A DNA stretch of 64,000 nucleotides, taken from positions 1,317,800 to 1,381,799 of the forward strand of contig OZ245933.1 in the NCBI GenBank assembly GCA_965229995.1, in the 5' to 3' direction. Numbering within the stretch: the stretch's first letter is position 1; every line of letters begins with the position of its first letter. Shown in pieces: positions 1 to 9,262 of this stretch. The stretch is from Thermodesulfobacteriota bacterium. Its GTDB lineage: Bacteria; Desulfobacterota_D; UBA1144; Nemesobacterales; Nemesobacteraceae. Position numbers and translations under genes: made by a program. The notes below the pieces were generated by a model. That model had not been told where the DNA came from. It made no database searches and saw nothing but the letters and a program-made list of their open reading frames with translations.

Positions 1-215
1 CATAACGGATTGCTTATGCGGGATAGTGACGTTAATTCCGCAGAGACCAAGGGCTCTTATTGAGCTTACGGCCTGAGCTACGTTTCGGGGATCCACGTCA
101 AAAGCCAGATAAACGCAGTCAAGTCCCAGATGCGTAAACGCCGCGTTATGCATGGCTGGGGATAAACTCTGGGATACGGGATAGCCGAAGATGCCGTATA
201 TCCGCGTTGTGGCTT

Positions 216-1157
216 TTATTTCCAAATCCGCTCGTCCTTCGGGTGGCCGCGAAGAATTTCCCGTACAGCCGCAATATCGTGTCTGATCTGCGCTACAAGC
301 TCGTCCACATTCGCAAAACGCTTCTCGTCCCTAAGCCTTTCAACAAAATTGACTCTGACTTCTTTTCCGTAAAGATCGTCACTGAAATCAAAGATATGGG
401 TCTCGACCGTAAGCTTGCTCTCCTCAAATGTCGGACGGATTCCTACGTTGGTAATGCTTCCGTGAGGACCGTCGGGAAGCTTGACGTAGGTAGCGTAGAC
501 TCCCGGCCTGGGAAGAATCTCCCATTCGGTATCAAGGTTAACCGTGGGAAAACCCAGTTTTCTGCCTCTTTTTTCCCCTTCCACTACGACACCCCCTATG
601 TAGTAATCGTAACCGAAAAACCGGTTTGACTCGCGAATTTCTCCGCCTGCTACCAGATCCCTTATAACGCTGCTGCTTACCACCCGGTCACCCACCCGCG
701 CCGCTTCGGCAACCACAGTGTTGAAGCCATGGGCTTTTCCCATGGATCGCAGAAGATCGACGTTTCCTTCTCTTTTGTGTCCGAAAGAGAATCCCGGACC
801 CACAACTATGTCTTTTATCCTCAGGCGGTCAAGAAGGACGTCTTTTACGAAATTCTCCGCGCTTACCCTTGAGAGCTCATGGGTGAAGTTAAGACAGATA
901 AACACATCAATCCCCATGGCTTTGAGCATCCCGAACCTGCGTTCTAGCGGGAATATGAGGGAAATTTCTTTTTTGCCGAGAACTTTCTGCGGATGAGGAT
1001 CAAAAGTAATTACGCAGGAACGCGTAGAATTTTCCCGCGAGCAACGTTTCACGGCATCTATTATCTTTTTGTGTCCTAGATGGATGCCGTCAAAATTTCC
1101 AATGCCCGCAGAGATCTGAAAATCCAGAGGCTGTTTTGGGTCAACTATAATTTTCAT
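216..1157 (-). CDS. ribF: Bifunctional riboflavin kinase / FMN adenylyltransferase
   Basis: 313 aa. N-terminal FAD-synthetase nucleotidyltransferase region (GIGNFDGIHLGH) followed by a C-terminal riboflavin kinase domain, at the length typical of RibF. Confidence 0.9.
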   Translation of the reverse strand: MKIIVDPKQPLDFQISAGIGNFDGIHLGHKKIIDAVKRCSRENSTRSCVITFDPHPQKVLGKKEISLIFPLERRFGMLKAMGIDVFICLNFTHELSRVSAENFVKDVLLDRLRIKDIVVGPGFSFGHKREGNVDLLRSMGKAHGFNTVVAEAARVGDRVVSSSVIRDLVAGGEIRESNRFFGYDYYIGGVVVEGEKRGRKLGFPTVNLDTEWEILPRPGVYATYVKLPDGPHGSITNVGIRPTFEESKLTVETHIFDFSDDLYGKEVRVNFVERLRDEKRFANVDELVAQIRHDIAAVREILRGHPKDERIWK

Positions 1158-1175
1158 ATCTTCTGAAAACCGACA

Positions 1176-1207
1176 CCGTAAAAATAAACACCCGCTGGAA
1201 GCGGGAG
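1176..1207 (-). terminator. Candidate intrinsic terminator or attenuator hairpin upstream of ribF
   Basis: On the minus strand a 5-bp GC stem CCCGC-UUCCA-GCGGG is followed by UGUUUAUUUUU, ending about 18 nt before the ribF ATG. It lies about 200 nt downstream of the trkH stop. Confidence 0.35.
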
Positions 1208-1408
1208 AGGAAAGAATGAAATACTACCATAGAATATTCTCATTAGGTTACATTCAGTTTTGCCAATTTTCAAAAGGAATTTATGTGCGCTTAACCCTGC
1301 TAAAAACTGAATGCGAAAGAAAACTTTTATTAGTTAATAAAGATATTATCTTCATATCATTCCTAGTTCAGAAACCATCTTACCAAGCCAGCCAGTCGGG
1401 GACCCTTC

Positions 1409-2866
1409 CTACCTTCTCCAGAAAGACGGCATCAAAAGTACCAGAATCGTGTAGAGTTCAAGCCTCCCTATGATCATGGCCAGCGAAAGTATGATTTTCG
1501 TAGGCGACCCCAGGTGAGAATAGTGGCTGGTCGGACCGACCTCGTCAAAAGCGGGTCCGACATTGGTTATGGACGCAACCGCAGCCGAGACGGCGGATTC
1601 CAAGGATATGTCCTCAAGCATAAGAACCACGAGGGCAATGAAGGCGCAAAGAAAAATGTAGAGGATAAAGAAACTCGTTATGCTTGAGACAGCTTTTTCG
1701 TTTATGCTTTTTCCCTCTATGGTTATGGGAGAAACCACGCTCGGATAAACGAGTCTTTGTATTTCCCTGTAGGCTTTTTTGAAAAGCACCATGATTCTCA
1801 GCGCCTTTACCGACCCGGCAGTCGACCCCGCGCACGCACCGAAAAACATCAGCATGAAAATCACCCATTTCACAAAAGCCGGCCACGCGTCAAAATCCGT
1901 GGTGGTAAAGCCGGTTGTGGTAATAATTGAAACCACCTGAAAAGATGAGTAGCGCAGGGATTCGAAAAAGGTTTCGTAAACGCCGGTCTGCACGAGTTCT
2001 ATTGCAATAAACATCATCGCTGCAACAGTGAAGAAAAGGTAGAACCGAAACTCGGAGTTTCTTAAAAGCCTCCCTGGCTTTCCGGTAAAAAAGTAGAAAT
2101 GAAGCACGAAACTAGTTCCGCCGAGGAACATGAAAAACGTAATCAGCCCCTGTATATAGACGCTGTCATAAGCCCCTATGCTTAAGTCTCTGCAGGAAAA
2201 CCCTCCTGTTGAAAGCGTGCTGAAAGAATGCGTCAGGGCATCGAAAAAGCTCATTCCGCCGAAAACAAGGAGCACCACCAGTGCGGCCGTAAGAGCTATG
2301 TATACGATCCAGAGCTTCTTGGCAGTCTCGGCGATTTTCGGAGCGAATTTCTCTGTCGTGGGTCCCGGGGTCTCAAGCCCCATGATCTGCACCCCGCCAA
2401 CAAAAAGCCTGGGGAGAATAGCGATTCCCAGAACTATTATTCCCATACCACCAAGCCACTGAGTGAAATTCCTCCAGAAAAGAATCCCTTTGGGAAGCCC
2501 CTCTATGGACACAAGCGCAGTCGCTCCGGTAGTGGTAAAACCCGCGGTCGATTCAAAAAGCGCGTCAACCGGACTGGCGAACACCCCGTAAATATAATAA
2601 GGAATGGCACCGAAAACGCTCGCAAGCACCCAGCAAAGCGCCGCGATCAGGAAACCTTCTCTTCTTCGTATTTCAGTCGGAGTTTCAGGGATGCGGAAAA
2701 CAACTAGAAATGCAAGGCCCGCAAGCGAAGTTACAAGCGCCGAGAGCAGGAAGGTAGAAAGGTCGTCCCCGCCGTAAAACAGGGTGCAGACGGCCGGCGT
2801 GAGCATTAGAAGCCCCAGATACATCACGAACTTTCCCGTGATCTGAAAACAGAACCTAACGTTCAC
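1409..2866 (-). CDS. trkH: TrkH/KtrB family potassium uptake membrane protein
   Basis: 485 aa polytopic membrane protein with repeated GFTTTG/TGGF selectivity-filter-like motifs. Overlaps trkA by 4 nt. Confidence 0.9.
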   Translation of the reverse strand: MNVRFCFQITGKFVMYLGLLMLTPAVCTLFYGGDDLSTFLLSALVTSLAGLAFLVVFRIPETPTEIRRREGFLIAALCWVLASVFGAIPYYIYGVFASPVDALFESTAGFTTTGATALVSIEGLPKGILFWRNFTQWLGGMGIIVLGIAILPRLFVGGVQIMGLETPGPTTEKFAPKIAETAKKLWIVYIALTAALVVLLVFGGMSFFDALTHSFSTLSTGGFSCRDLSIGAYDSVYIQGLITFFMFLGGTSFVLHFYFFTGKPGRLLRNSEFRFYLFFTVAAMMFIAIELVQTGVYETFFESLRYSSFQVVSIITTTGFTTTDFDAWPAFVKWVIFMLMFFGACAGSTAGSVKALRIMVLFKKAYREIQRLVYPSVVSPITIEGKSINEKAVSSITSFFILYIFLCAFIALVVLMLEDISLESAVSAAVASITNVGPAFDEVGPTSHYSHLGSPTKIILSLAMIIGRLELYTILVLLMPSFWRR

Positions 2867-4194
2867 GAAACCAGTATCTCTTCAACCTTTTTTACGGCGG
2901 CAGGCAGGGCGAACACCACTAGGCGGTCCCCGACCTGCGCAACGAAATCCCCTCCGGGGAATATCGGTTTCCCGTCCCTGATGCAGATGCCTATTACGGA
3001 GCCGTGGGGCACTTTGCAGTCGGAAAGCGGCACCCCGAGAATTTTCGTATGTTCGCTTACGTCAAATTCAAGAATTTCTCCCGCTCCCTCGTAAAGAAGC
3101 GATACGTTAGCTTCTCCGCCGAGATGCAGAGAATTCAAAATACCGTTTGCGACAGACATGTTTACGCTTATGGCCCTGTCGATACCGATTGCTTCGAGCA
3201 CTTCCACGTAATCGGAATTCGAATAAAGCACCGTGCAGCGATCAATACCGAGATTTTTCGCGAGAAGAGCACTGAGCACGTTGTTTTCATCATCACTGGT
3301 AAGCGCAAGAAGATAATCGCTCTTTTCAACACCGGCCTCCTTTAGTACCTCGAGGTCGGTTCCGTCACCTTCAAACACCATTACGCCGACAAGTTCCTCG
3401 GCGGCAGTTCTGGCTTTTTCGTGATCGCTTTCAATGAGTCTTACGGAAAGTCCTTTTGCGTGAAGCGCGGAAGCCACTTCGCACCCTATCCTTCCGCCAC
3501 CGACTATGATAACGGAATGGACCTTCTGGATCTTCAGGTTAAACAGCTTTTTAAGTTTCTCAAGAGCGGAAGGGACTCCGAGAGCGAAGATAAAATCACC
3601 TGCGCGAAGTTCCGTATCTCCCCGTGGAATGCTCACCCTGTGATCCCTCTGCAGTCCGACGAAGGTCCAGTTCCTGGGGTTGATGACGAAATTCTTAAGC
3701 TTCTCGTTTATTATGGGCGCCCCCTCAGCCACCCTGAGTTTAAGAAGCTCGATTTTCCCGCTTGCGAAAAACTCCACCCTTCCCGCGAAAGGAGCGCTTA
3801 TAAGCGCACTTATCTTTTCCGAGATTATGCTGCTTGAGCTTACGACCGAGATGTTTGAGTTGTCGATAACTCCGGCATATTCGGCATATTTAACGTTTTT
3901 TACCGCGGCAACGATCTTCTTGACTCCCGAGGCATAGGCAATAAACGAGGCGAGGATATTCGTTCTGTCATCCCCGGTAACGGCAAGAACTATGTCAGCT
4001 TTCTCTATCTCAGCCCGTCTTAAAACTGTAGGGTCGTCCCCGTTTCCCTCAATCGCCAGAACGTCCTGAGTTTCCTTAGCCTTGGCTATAAGCTCGGCGT
4101 CTTTTTCGACGACTACGACTTCCTGACTCTGGCAAAGCTCCTTTGAAAGGAAATTTCCCACCTGCCCAAGACCTATTATCAGAATTCTTCGCAT
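2863..4194 (-). CDS. trkA: Trk system potassium uptake protein TrkA
   Basis: 443 aa with two Rossmann NAD-binding repeats (IIGLGQVGNFL and VIIVGGGRIGCEVA) typical of TrkA. Confidence 0.9.
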   Translation of the reverse strand: MRRILIIGLGQVGNFLSKELCQSQEVVVVEKDAELIAKAKETQDVLAIEGNGDDPTVLRRAEIEKADIVLAVTGDDRTNILASFIAYASGVKKIVAAVKNVKYAEYAGVIDNSNISVVSSSSIISEKISALISAPFAGRVEFFASGKIELLKLRVAEGAPIINEKLKNFVINPRNWTFVGLQRDHRVSIPRGDTELRAGDFIFALGVPSALEKLKKLFNLKIQKVHSVIIVGGGRIGCEVASALHAKGLSVRLIESDHEKARTAAEELVGVMVFEGDGTDLEVLKEAGVEKSDYLLALTSDDENNVLSALLAKNLGIDRCTVLYSNSDYVEVLEAIGIDRAISVNMSVANGILNSLHLGGEANVSLLYEGAGEILEFDVSEHTKILGVPLSDCKVPHGSVIGICIRDGKPIFPGGDFVAQVGDRLVVFALPAAVKKVEEILVS

Positions 4195-4203
4195 AGCAGC
4201 AAA

Positions 4204-4959
4204 CTAACCTTGCGCCTGCTTTCCGAGAACACTGCCGGAAAGCTGAAACAGCCTTATCCCAAAGACGGCCACAAGCAGCAAAGCCGCAAGCTGCGCCTGG
4301 GAAAGACCCTCTATAAAGCTCGGGGTAGTCTCCCTTATGAACTCAATTAAGAACCTCTGTGTGCCGAGAATCACGAATCCCACCGACGAGACAAAGCCCG
4401 TAGGGTAGTTTTTATTTCTGATTTTCCAGAGAAAGAAAAAAAGCAGGGCCATAAACAGCGTATCGTAGAGCTGAGTGGGATGAACGCTGACGACTCTCTC
4501 GGAAAACGATACCGCCCAAGGCAGAGAACACACGGTTCCGTAATCGCAGCCGTTAAGAAAACACCCTATCCTTCCAACGCCGTAGCCCAAGATGAGGGCC
4601 GGACACACAACATCAAGAAGAATCTGAAAATCAGTCTTTCTGATCCTGGAGACGACCCAGAGAGCGCAGAAAACCCCGACGAGTCCACCCACCGATGAAT
4701 ACCCCGATATGAAGTAGCGCACGGGGTTAGCGAGAAACTCGGTCAAAGTGGCATTCTGGTAAAGAAAAAGTATCTTGGCTCCCACAAGTCCGCCGATAAA
4801 GCAAGCAAGCAGGAGATTTGCGGGGAGGGACGGGTCCATTTTTCTGCGGCTTACATCCGCGGACACCACCCAGTAAGCGACCAGGTATCCGAGCGCGAGA
4901 AATACCGAATACGAGTAGACGACCAGACCTCCGCCGAGGTCTAAAAGTACCGGATACAT
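4204..4959 (-). CDS. lgt: Prolipoprotein diacylglyceryl transferase
   Basis: 251 aa membrane protein with the Lgt signature GRIGCFLNG and the overall Lgt pattern. Confidence 0.85.
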   Translation of the reverse strand: MYPVLLDLGGGLVVYSYSVFLALGYLVAYWVVSADVSRRKMDPSLPANLLLACFIGGLVGAKILFLYQNATLTEFLANPVRYFISGYSSVGGLVGVFCALWVVSRIRKTDFQILLDVVCPALILGYGVGRIGCFLNGCDYGTVCSLPWAVSFSERVVSVHPTQLYDTLFMALLFFFLWKIRNKNYPTGFVSSVGFVILGTQRFLIEFIRETTPSFIEGLSQAQLAALLLVAVFGIRLFQLSGSVLGKQAQG

Positions 4960-4975
4960 ATGGCGTCCCCCCGGA

Positions 4976-5863
4976 CTACTCTTCTTTTAGAAGAGAATCC
5001 ACGTTTAGCATAGGTACCGCGCCGCCGCCTGAAAACTTCGGAAGGGTGCCGTCCCACTTCTCCGCGATTCGAAGCTGAATGAGCTGCGGATTGTTCCTAA
5101 GCGCCTTGGCTTCCCTCTCAATCGCCGCGGCTCTTGCCGTAGACGACACTTCTATCTGGAAAGCCTGGGCGCTTGCGGCAAGCATTTTCTCCTCAGCTGC
5201 AGCTTCGGCCTGGGTCACTCTTCTTATTTTCTCGTTTAGAGCCTGAAGCGCCTCCTGCTCCGCCTTTACCTTGAGTTCAATCGCCTTGTTGAACTCCTCG
5301 GAGAAATCAAAATCGGTTATGGCTACGTTGGCGATTCTAAGGGCATTGGAAGAAATTTCCTTGTCGGCCAGAGTAATTGATATGAAAGTGTCTATGGCTT
5401 CCTGTATCGCGACTTTCACCTCCGCTCTTTTGGTAACCAGTTCTTCGGCGGTGTACTTGGCCGTAATGGCCTTTACAGACTCCTGTATTGCGGGCTCTAT
5501 AAGAGTCAGGGATACGGTACTTCTTTTCCCTATCTTCTGATATATGAGAGGAGCGAGAGCTCCCGTGAGGGAATACTGGAGAGTAACTTGAGTCTGTACC
5601 GTCTGGAGATCCTTGGAAGCGGAGACAGCCTTGGCACTCGCCGCAGTAAGACGGATATCGATCTGTTCGACCTTATCTATAAAAGGTTTTTTCATGTGAA
5701 ATCCCTCGGCAAGCGCCTCGGGCTGTACGGCGCCAAGGGTCCGCACGACTCCAACATGCCCAGTTTCCACTATTACGAAAACTCCCGTCACCAGAAAAAA
5801 CAACAGGATAAAAACTATCGGATAAAAAATATTAAGTTTAGGCAGCTTGGGCCTGATTTTCAT
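4976..5863 (-). CDS. SPFH/band-7 (prohibitin/stomatin-like) membrane protein
   Basis: 295 aa with an N-terminal transmembrane helix, an SPFH-domain pattern and a coiled-coil Ala/Glu-rich C-terminus. Confidence 0.8.
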   Translation of the reverse strand: MKIRPKLPKLNIFYPIVFILLFFLVTGVFVIVETGHVGVVRTLGAVQPEALAEGFHMKKPFIDKVEQIDIRLTAASAKAVSASKDLQTVQTQVTLQYSLTGALAPLIYQKIGKRSTVSLTLIEPAIQESVKAITAKYTAEELVTKRAEVKVAIQEAIDTFISITLADKEISSNALRIANVAITDFDFSEEFNKAIELKVKAEQEALQALNEKIRRVTQAEAAAEEKMLAASAQAFQIEVSSTARAAAIEREAKALRNNPQLIQLRIAEKWDGTLPKFSGGGAVPMLNVDSLLKEE

Positions 5864-5954
5864 AATAATACCTCCGTTACACGCTATGTGCTGATAACAT
5901 TATAATAACAGTTATCTGAAAACATAGACCCATAAAAATTCCGGACCAGTGGGT

Positions 5955-7661
5955 TCACTGGCGCGTCTCCCTCACGTCCTTTATAAAAAGGCGGGTTTCC
6001 CTCTTCCCGTTTCGCACGTTAAAGCGCAGGGAGAAAACCAGGTCCATTTTTCCGGAAAGATGCTTGCGGGAAGCGTAAAACCAGATGCAGCTAAACACAG
6101 AACCGTTTTCCCTCACCCTGAACAGGACATGCTGATCCTTAAGCAACTTCTGATCCACTACATCAACGGCCCTTGAGAGAAAAAGAGGCTCGGGATTTCC
6201 CTCTCCGAAAGGCGAGAGACTTTCAATCTCGGAGACAAGAGCATCGCTTATGTTAGAGAGGCCAATTTCTGAGTCTATATCAAGCCTGCTTTCGGGTTTC
6301 TGGCCGCTTTTTTCAAGCTCTTGCGAGAACCTTTCCCTGAAAAGACCGATCTTTTCCTCCAAAACGGTTACCCCGGCCGCATAGGCGTGTCCCCCGAACT
6401 CGACGAGAAGATCTTCGCACTTTGAGAGCACGGAAAAAATGTTGATTCCTCCGAAAGATCTTCCACTTCCCCTGCCCACGCCGTTTTCATCAACCGAAAT
6501 GAGAAAAGCGGGTTTTCCGCAGGATCCGGCCAGGGAGGAAGCCACGATACCTATTACGCCTTTGTGCCATTTGCGGGAGGAGAGAACAAGGGAATTGCTC
6601 TCTGCGTACCCCGACACGGACTCAACCATGCGGGTCGCGTCCCGCAGTATCTTCTCTTCAATCCCGCGGCGCTCGGAGTTGCGTTCGTCAAGGAATTTCG
6701 CAAGCGAAAAAGCTTCTTCCCTGCTCTCGGCGAGCAGAAGCTCAACCGCCTTGTCCGCGGAATCAAGCCTCCCCGCCGCGTTTATTCTGGGGCCAAGACG
6801 AAAACCAAGATCGAATATCTCGATGCCGTCGCCTATACCGCTTACCTCCTTAAGAGCGCGCAGGCCCAGCCGCTTAGGGGTTCGCATTCTCGTAAGACCC
6901 TCTTTCAGCATGATCCTGTTTACGTTTTCAACCGGCACGCGGTCAGAAACCGTTCCAAGCGAAACTAGATCAAGAAAATCCCCCATGTTGGGTTCCGCCA
7001 CGGTCTTGAAAAATCCTTCCTCCCTAAGCGTCCTTCTAAGCGCGAGGGCGAGGTTAAACGCAACGCCGACGCCCGCGAGTTCCTTTCCCGGGTACCGGCA
7101 GTCAGCCTGACGGGGGTTAAGAACGGCAACGGCCTCAGGCGGCTGGCCTAAGAAGCTGTGATGATCCGTAACTATGAAGTCAATCCCGAGTGTCCGTGCC
7201 TGCGCCACCTCGTCTACGGCCGTAATTCCGCAGTCAACCGAGATCACAAGGGTCACCTGCTTTTGCTTGAGAGCGCGAAGCGCGCTTGAGTTTACGCCGT
7301 AACCCTCAGTAAACCTGTCGGGAATATAGTATGTGACGTCGCAGCCAAGAACCCTCAGAAAACTAGTGAGAAGAGAAGTCGCCGTAACGCCGTCAACATC
7401 GTAGTCTCCGTAAACGGCGACTTTTTCTTTTTCGTAAACGCACTTGGTAAGGCGCCTGACCGCTTCCTCCATACCTTTCATCAGAAAGGGAGAAGGCAGG
7501 TCCGAGAGGGATGCTGAGAGAAACGCCTCGGCATCCTGAGCGGAACTCATCCCCCTGTTTACCAGAACCCCCGCGGTTATCGGTGAAATGCCGAGCTTTG
7601 CCGAAATCTTCTCAACCGGCCCCTTGGCGGGCCTTGCGACTACCCATTTTCTTTCGTTCAT
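5955..7661 (-). CDS. recJ: Single-stranded-DNA-specific exonuclease RecJ
   Basis: 568 aa with DHH phosphoesterase motifs (VYGDYDVDG and the DHH sequence itself) plus DHHA1-like and C-terminal OB regions. Confidence 0.9.
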   Translation of the reverse strand: MNERKWVVARPAKGPVEKISAKLGISPITAGVLVNRGMSSAQDAEAFLSASLSDLPSPFLMKGMEEAVRRLTKCVYEKEKVAVYGDYDVDGVTATSLLTSFLRVLGCDVTYYIPDRFTEGYGVNSSALRALKQKQVTLVISVDCGITAVDEVAQARTLGIDFIVTDHHSFLGQPPEAVAVLNPRQADCRYPGKELAGVGVAFNLALALRRTLREEGFFKTVAEPNMGDFLDLVSLGTVSDRVPVENVNRIMLKEGLTRMRTPKRLGLRALKEVSGIGDGIEIFDLGFRLGPRINAAGRLDSADKAVELLLAESREEAFSLAKFLDERNSERRGIEEKILRDATRMVESVSGYAESNSLVLSSRKWHKGVIGIVASSLAGSCGKPAFLISVDENGVGRGSGRSFGGINIFSVLSKCEDLLVEFGGHAYAAGVTVLEEKIGLFRERFSQELEKSGQKPESRLDIDSEIGLSNISDALVSEIESLSPFGEGNPEPLFLSRAVDVVDQKLLKDQHVLFRVRENGSVFSCIWFYASRKHLSGKMDLVFSLRFNVRNGKRETRLFIKDVRETRQ

Positions 7662-7682
7662 AAAAACTCTGCGGGGAAAAAT

Positions 7683-8138
7683 TCAGGAAGAGGCGCTTTC
7701 TTTCCTGAGGTGTTCAACCAGGCCCACAAGCCCCAGGTAATAACTGCGCGCCCCGAAGCCCGACACCACGCCGAGCGATACTCCCGAGACAAATGATTTC
7801 TGCCTGAAGTCCTCCCTCTTGTATATATTGGAAATGTGAACTTCCACAACAGGCATTCCGGTTGAGAGTATGGCGTCCCTTATGGCGACGCTCGTATGAG
7901 TATAGGCGCCGGGGTTTATGATTATTCCGTCAGACTTTCCGTAGGCGTCCTGTATTGCGGTAACTATTTCCCCTTCGGAATTTGACTGAAAGAAGGAGAG
8001 CCGGACATCATCGCCTAGGGTCTCGGTGTTCGAGGAAAGAAAAGATTCAATCTCAGAAAGGGTAAGACTTCCGTAAATCTCCGGTTCCCTTTTGCCCAGC
8101 ATGTTCAGGTTCGGGCCGTTTATGACAATTATTTCCAT
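7683..8138 (-). CDS. aroQ: Type II 3-dehydroquinate dehydratase
   Basis: 151 aa starting [23 protein letters not shown], which is the hallmark AroQ N-terminus. Confidence 0.9.
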   Translation of the reverse strand: MEIIVINGPNLNMLGKREPEIYGSLTLSEIESFLSSNTETLGDDVRLSFFQSNSEGEIVTAIQDAYGKSDGIIINPGAYTHTSVAIRDAILSTGMPVVEVHISNIYKREDFRQKSFVSGVSLGVVSGFGARSYYLGLVGLVEHLRKESASS

Positions 8139-8530
8139 GGGACAAAATACCGAGAGTAAGGATAATTAAACGGTTCCGCAGATTCAACTCTAATTTTTCG
8201 CGGCATTGACTTAAGTTCTCTGTTTGACAACGGGGCTGCCTTTCCAAAGCCAGCTGAGGGTAACGGCTCCCGCCACACAAGTCGCACTATAAGCAGGTCG
8301 ATAAAATGGAGCTACGGTACGGTCCTATCAAATTCCTGCTTAACCTGCTTTTAATTATGTTTTCCCTGATTGCGATTTCGCGGAGAACCCGGCTAGAAGA
8401 GAAATGGACTTGATGTTCTGGACTCACGAGTTTTCTTGGTAAACTTGGGTTAGCTTCAACTCGTGTTCTTTGGCGTAAGAAGCCTATGGGAACCAGGTTG
8501 ATTTTACACTCGAAAAAACCAAATTCCTCG

Positions 8531-9142
8531 CTATTGGCCAATAAGGACCTTTATCTCATCACGACGGCGGTGGTAAGCGGGATTATTAGGCTCAATTTCG
8601 CAGAGAGTTTCAACTATCTTGAGAGCATCTTTGTAAAATCCTTGTGAAACGTAAAGATTAAGCATGGTCTCAGTTTCGAAAATCCCGGCTCGTGGTTTGC
8701 TCTTTTTTTCCACTGCGGGGGAAGGTTCTCTGGGTTTTCGTAGTTTTTCTCCCTGGCTCAGCGAACCGGGACTAGAGAACAAGGAAATCCTGAAAGCTTC
8801 GCCTATCTTTGCATTGCTTCTGTATATGTAGGTAAGGAGTTTGGAAGCTCGGGAGTCGCGGGGGTCAAGCTCAAGAGCTTTTCTAAGTTCCTCCTCGGCC
8901 TCGGTGGCATTCCAGCACATAAGATGAGCTTTTGCGAGAACAAACCTCGCACGGCTGCTATCACCTTTGTTAAGGGTGAAATCGGAAACAGTCTTTCTGG
9001 CCTTTGTTACCTGTCTAAGTGCGAGATAGACCTCAGCTAAAGTGAGTAGCGATTCGGAGTCTGGAAAGACTCTTGAGGTATACTCGTATTTTTCTTTTAG
9101 GGCTTGGAGATCCTGCTGACTCAGGTTTTTAAGTTCATCCAT
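8531..9142 (-). CDS. TPR-repeat protein
   Basis: 203 aa with tetratricopeptide-like helical repeats. No enzymatic motif is visible. Confidence 0.6.
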   Translation of the reverse strand: MDELKNLSQQDLQALKEKYEYTSRVFPDSESLLTLAEVYLALRQVTKARKTVSDFTLNKGDSSRARFVLAKAHLMCWNATEAEEELRKALELDPRDSRASKLLTYIYRSNAKIGEAFRISLFSSPGSLSQGEKLRKPREPSPAVEKKSKPRAGIFETETMLNLYVSQGFYKDALKIVETLCEIEPNNPAYHRRRDEIKVLIGQ

Positions 9143-9262
9143 AAGGATTTCTGCCTAGGGGACACGGCAACCTGCCATCTTCCGTACACACAAGAATTAA
9201 ATTTCTGCCTCCGCGTTACCAAGAATACCAAAAGGCCAGAAAGCGGACAAGCCGCCTAAGCC

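Noticed and set aside
6439-7110. 223-aa plus-strand ORF, and other long ORFs antisense to recJ, ftsY (30476-31285), murF (16897-17490), polA (49275-59859 region) and pyrE (58095-58310 extension)
   Set aside because: All lie entirely within well-supported genes on the opposite strand, have low-complexity (Ser/Arg/Pro-rich) translations and no motifs. They are typical shadow ORFs of a mid-GC genome.
8225-8262. SRP RNA domain-IV-like GGAAAGGCAGCC segment on the minus strand
   Set aside because: Only partial resemblance to the conserved GGAAGGAAGCAGCC hairpin, and no flanking helix that would complete a 4.5S RNA.
8381-8400. RNase P RNA-like P4 3'-strand motif (AGAACCCGGCU)
   Set aside because: The complementary 5' P4 strand (GGAAAGUCCGGGCUCC-like) is absent at the expected distance on either strand; the expected position falls inside aroQ coding sequence.
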